DNA of 63,187 bases, the filler included, from Choristocarpus tenellus KU-1152 (taxonomy: Eukaryota; Protista; Phaeophyceae), in assembly GCA_964200185.2 (NCBI GenBank). It is 11 parts of 11 records of this genome, joined end to end, with 100 filler letters (N's around TTAATTAATTAA, not from the genome) between each part and the next. Parts side by side here need not be neighbours in the genome. Positions count along the whole stretch, not along the records: positions 55,508 to 63,187 come from CAXNAD020005767.1; 10 more parts are not named here. One strand, given 5' to 3'. Below are positions 61,376 to 63,187 of the stretch, piece by piece. Below the pieces are notes generated by a model. The model worked only from the letters and a program-made list of their open reading frames with translations, was not told the DNA's origin and ran no database searches. The translations under genes were made by a program, and so were the position numbers. Numbering within the stretch: the stretch's first letter is position 1; each line of letters begins with the position of its first letter.

Positions 61376-63187
61376 TCTCATATCATATCGCACACAGAAC
61401 ATACCGTATCGCCATTTCCAATATCAAAAACTCCTTCACGTCACTGACAAATGTATTCAGAGCGCACTTTATTCATCCTGTGTAGTAGATGGCGTTCTCA
61501 GGGGGGGAATTACTGTGAGGTATTGTAGGAATTGTGTGTGCATTACGTTCTTTTTAGCAAGTGCAGACCAGCAACGATTTCTGAAAAAAGCAGAAAAAAA
61601 TACAGAGAAAAACAACAAAAAGCAGTCCCCTGAATACAAAGAAGTATTCTGGTCAACGATTGTCATGGAGTAAGCGACATAAAGACTTAAGAAGGCAACG
61701 TACTCACATGTCATGCCCCCACCCAAAATATCAAATTGGAAATAGCAAGGGCAGTGGCAATGAATATATACAGTGCATGAATTTTCATTTCATGTCTACA
61801 GTAGCTACAGTTGTAATGCAAGACCCACAAGGAATAATCCTCCATGGCAAACAATTTTCCGCTGCGAAAAACCCTGCGGATCTTGCCGGGCCCCCATCCA
61901 TGTCCAGCTGCTGGAAAATACGCTCCCCACCAAGTTAAAAGATACCCCACGCCCTTCAAGAATTTTGGATTCCAGGGACATGATCCTTAGCACACAATAC
62001 CACACTGTATACGTGAAGTGTACGTCTTCCTAAGTGGTACCTCTGCAGTCAAGGGAGGGCAGTACATTCCTCTATCCTTTGCATTCCCTAACCCTAAGCA
62101 GGAGGGGGAAAAAAAGAAGAAAATCTATTGGCGGTGAATTGGAAGAATCATAAACGGAAGCTAGAAGCACTGTTATGTTGCAAAGGGATGCAGCCATTCT
62201 TGGATGTTCCCGGAACAACATCAAACGCTAGGAAGCTTTGGAGAAAGCTACATACAGGCAGGTGTCACCAAAAGTGAAGGAAAGGATGTAGTACAGCCCA
62301 ATAAAAAGGCAATCTGGGATGCATCACACAAAGTGGCACCGCTCTTGCTATGACACATTCCACCTCTCTTGAACCCTGCTCGCATCCCTGGAAATAATTT
62401 CTCCAATGTCCTCCCGCCCCTGCCAACATGATACATGACTAAATGACCCCAGAGTGTTTAATCCGTGATTGCCTATCGACTGACTCCCTCACGCTCTTCC
62501 AACCCACTGGAGCGGCTCCAAATGCCATCTCACACCGCCTCTGAAAACCCCATCCAACCACACCACAATATATCAATTACTGTGCTCTGAAAAACTAAGC
62601 ATGCACCACAAACCAGCTAGCTATGCGCCCACAACATCTTGGTCAAGAAAATGCATCGGTGGACTTCACAGAATGCTGAGGTTGCAGTCATAGGTAATCT
62701 GGGAAATCATCGTGATTCCTTGCGTTGGACCAGCTCGCGCCATGGGCACCATCATCCCAGGACCGGAGAGCACCCCCGAAGGTCCCACCACAACCATCAG
62801 CCTCATTCTCAGTAGTGGCTTCCACTGTAGACCATGCAGTGACCTCCTCGTCAGTGTGGCGACATATCCGCCGAGTGGGCCTGGGAACTACCTTCTGCTT
62901 TGCTGATGAGTAGTACCTTTTGGCATTGTGTGAAAATCAATCAGTCGACAGGGTTTGATAATAGTAGCTTAGAAAAAAGAAGAAGATAATAATATATATA
63001 TATATATTTGAAGTGAGGCTATATGCAGTACAGCATATAGACTGAGGGAGTGGCTAAAGAATGAAACAGAATGTTGCTGATGTTTAGGACAAAAGGTGGG
63101 GGCAGCGACAGGGGGCGTGAGAGCCTATGGCATGGTGATGACCACACTCGATAAATTACCATTATCACTTTGTTTGCCGGGTTGGGG

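Overview
Eukaryotic, intron-rich, repeat-rich DNA. The window is not one locus: it is 11 short contigs joined by 100-bp artificial linkers (N44-TTAATTAATTAA-N44), so nothing can be inferred about synteny across linkers. Gene content and intron style suggest a stramenopile, possibly a brown-algal-type genome (inference only). Genes recovered by manual GT-AG splicing: a head-to-head histone H3 (intronless) and histone H1 (2 introns) pair, with a histone-type 3' stem-loop after H1; partial genes for a PPR protein, a KH-domain RNA-binding protein, a protein kinase and an Arg/Ser/Gly-rich protein; a secreted tandem two-domain lipocalin; and the first exon of a secreted GH114-like glycoside hydrolase. 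The rest is mostly decayed mobile DNA: two high-copy MITE families with a shared TIR core and 3-4-bp TSDs, CRE-like RLE non-LTR retrotransposon fragments with a conserved 3' hairpin, Ty3/Gypsy and Copia relics, LTR-like repeats, and a full-length dead DD39D-type mariner with nested insertions. The pattern least explained by these annotations is polarised telomere-type repeats inside introns: (GGGTTA)n sits near donors and complementary (TAACCC)n near acceptors, which could base-pair intron ends together. Also notable are the CpG-decay signature in the MITE copies and the stem-loop on a spliced H1 gene.
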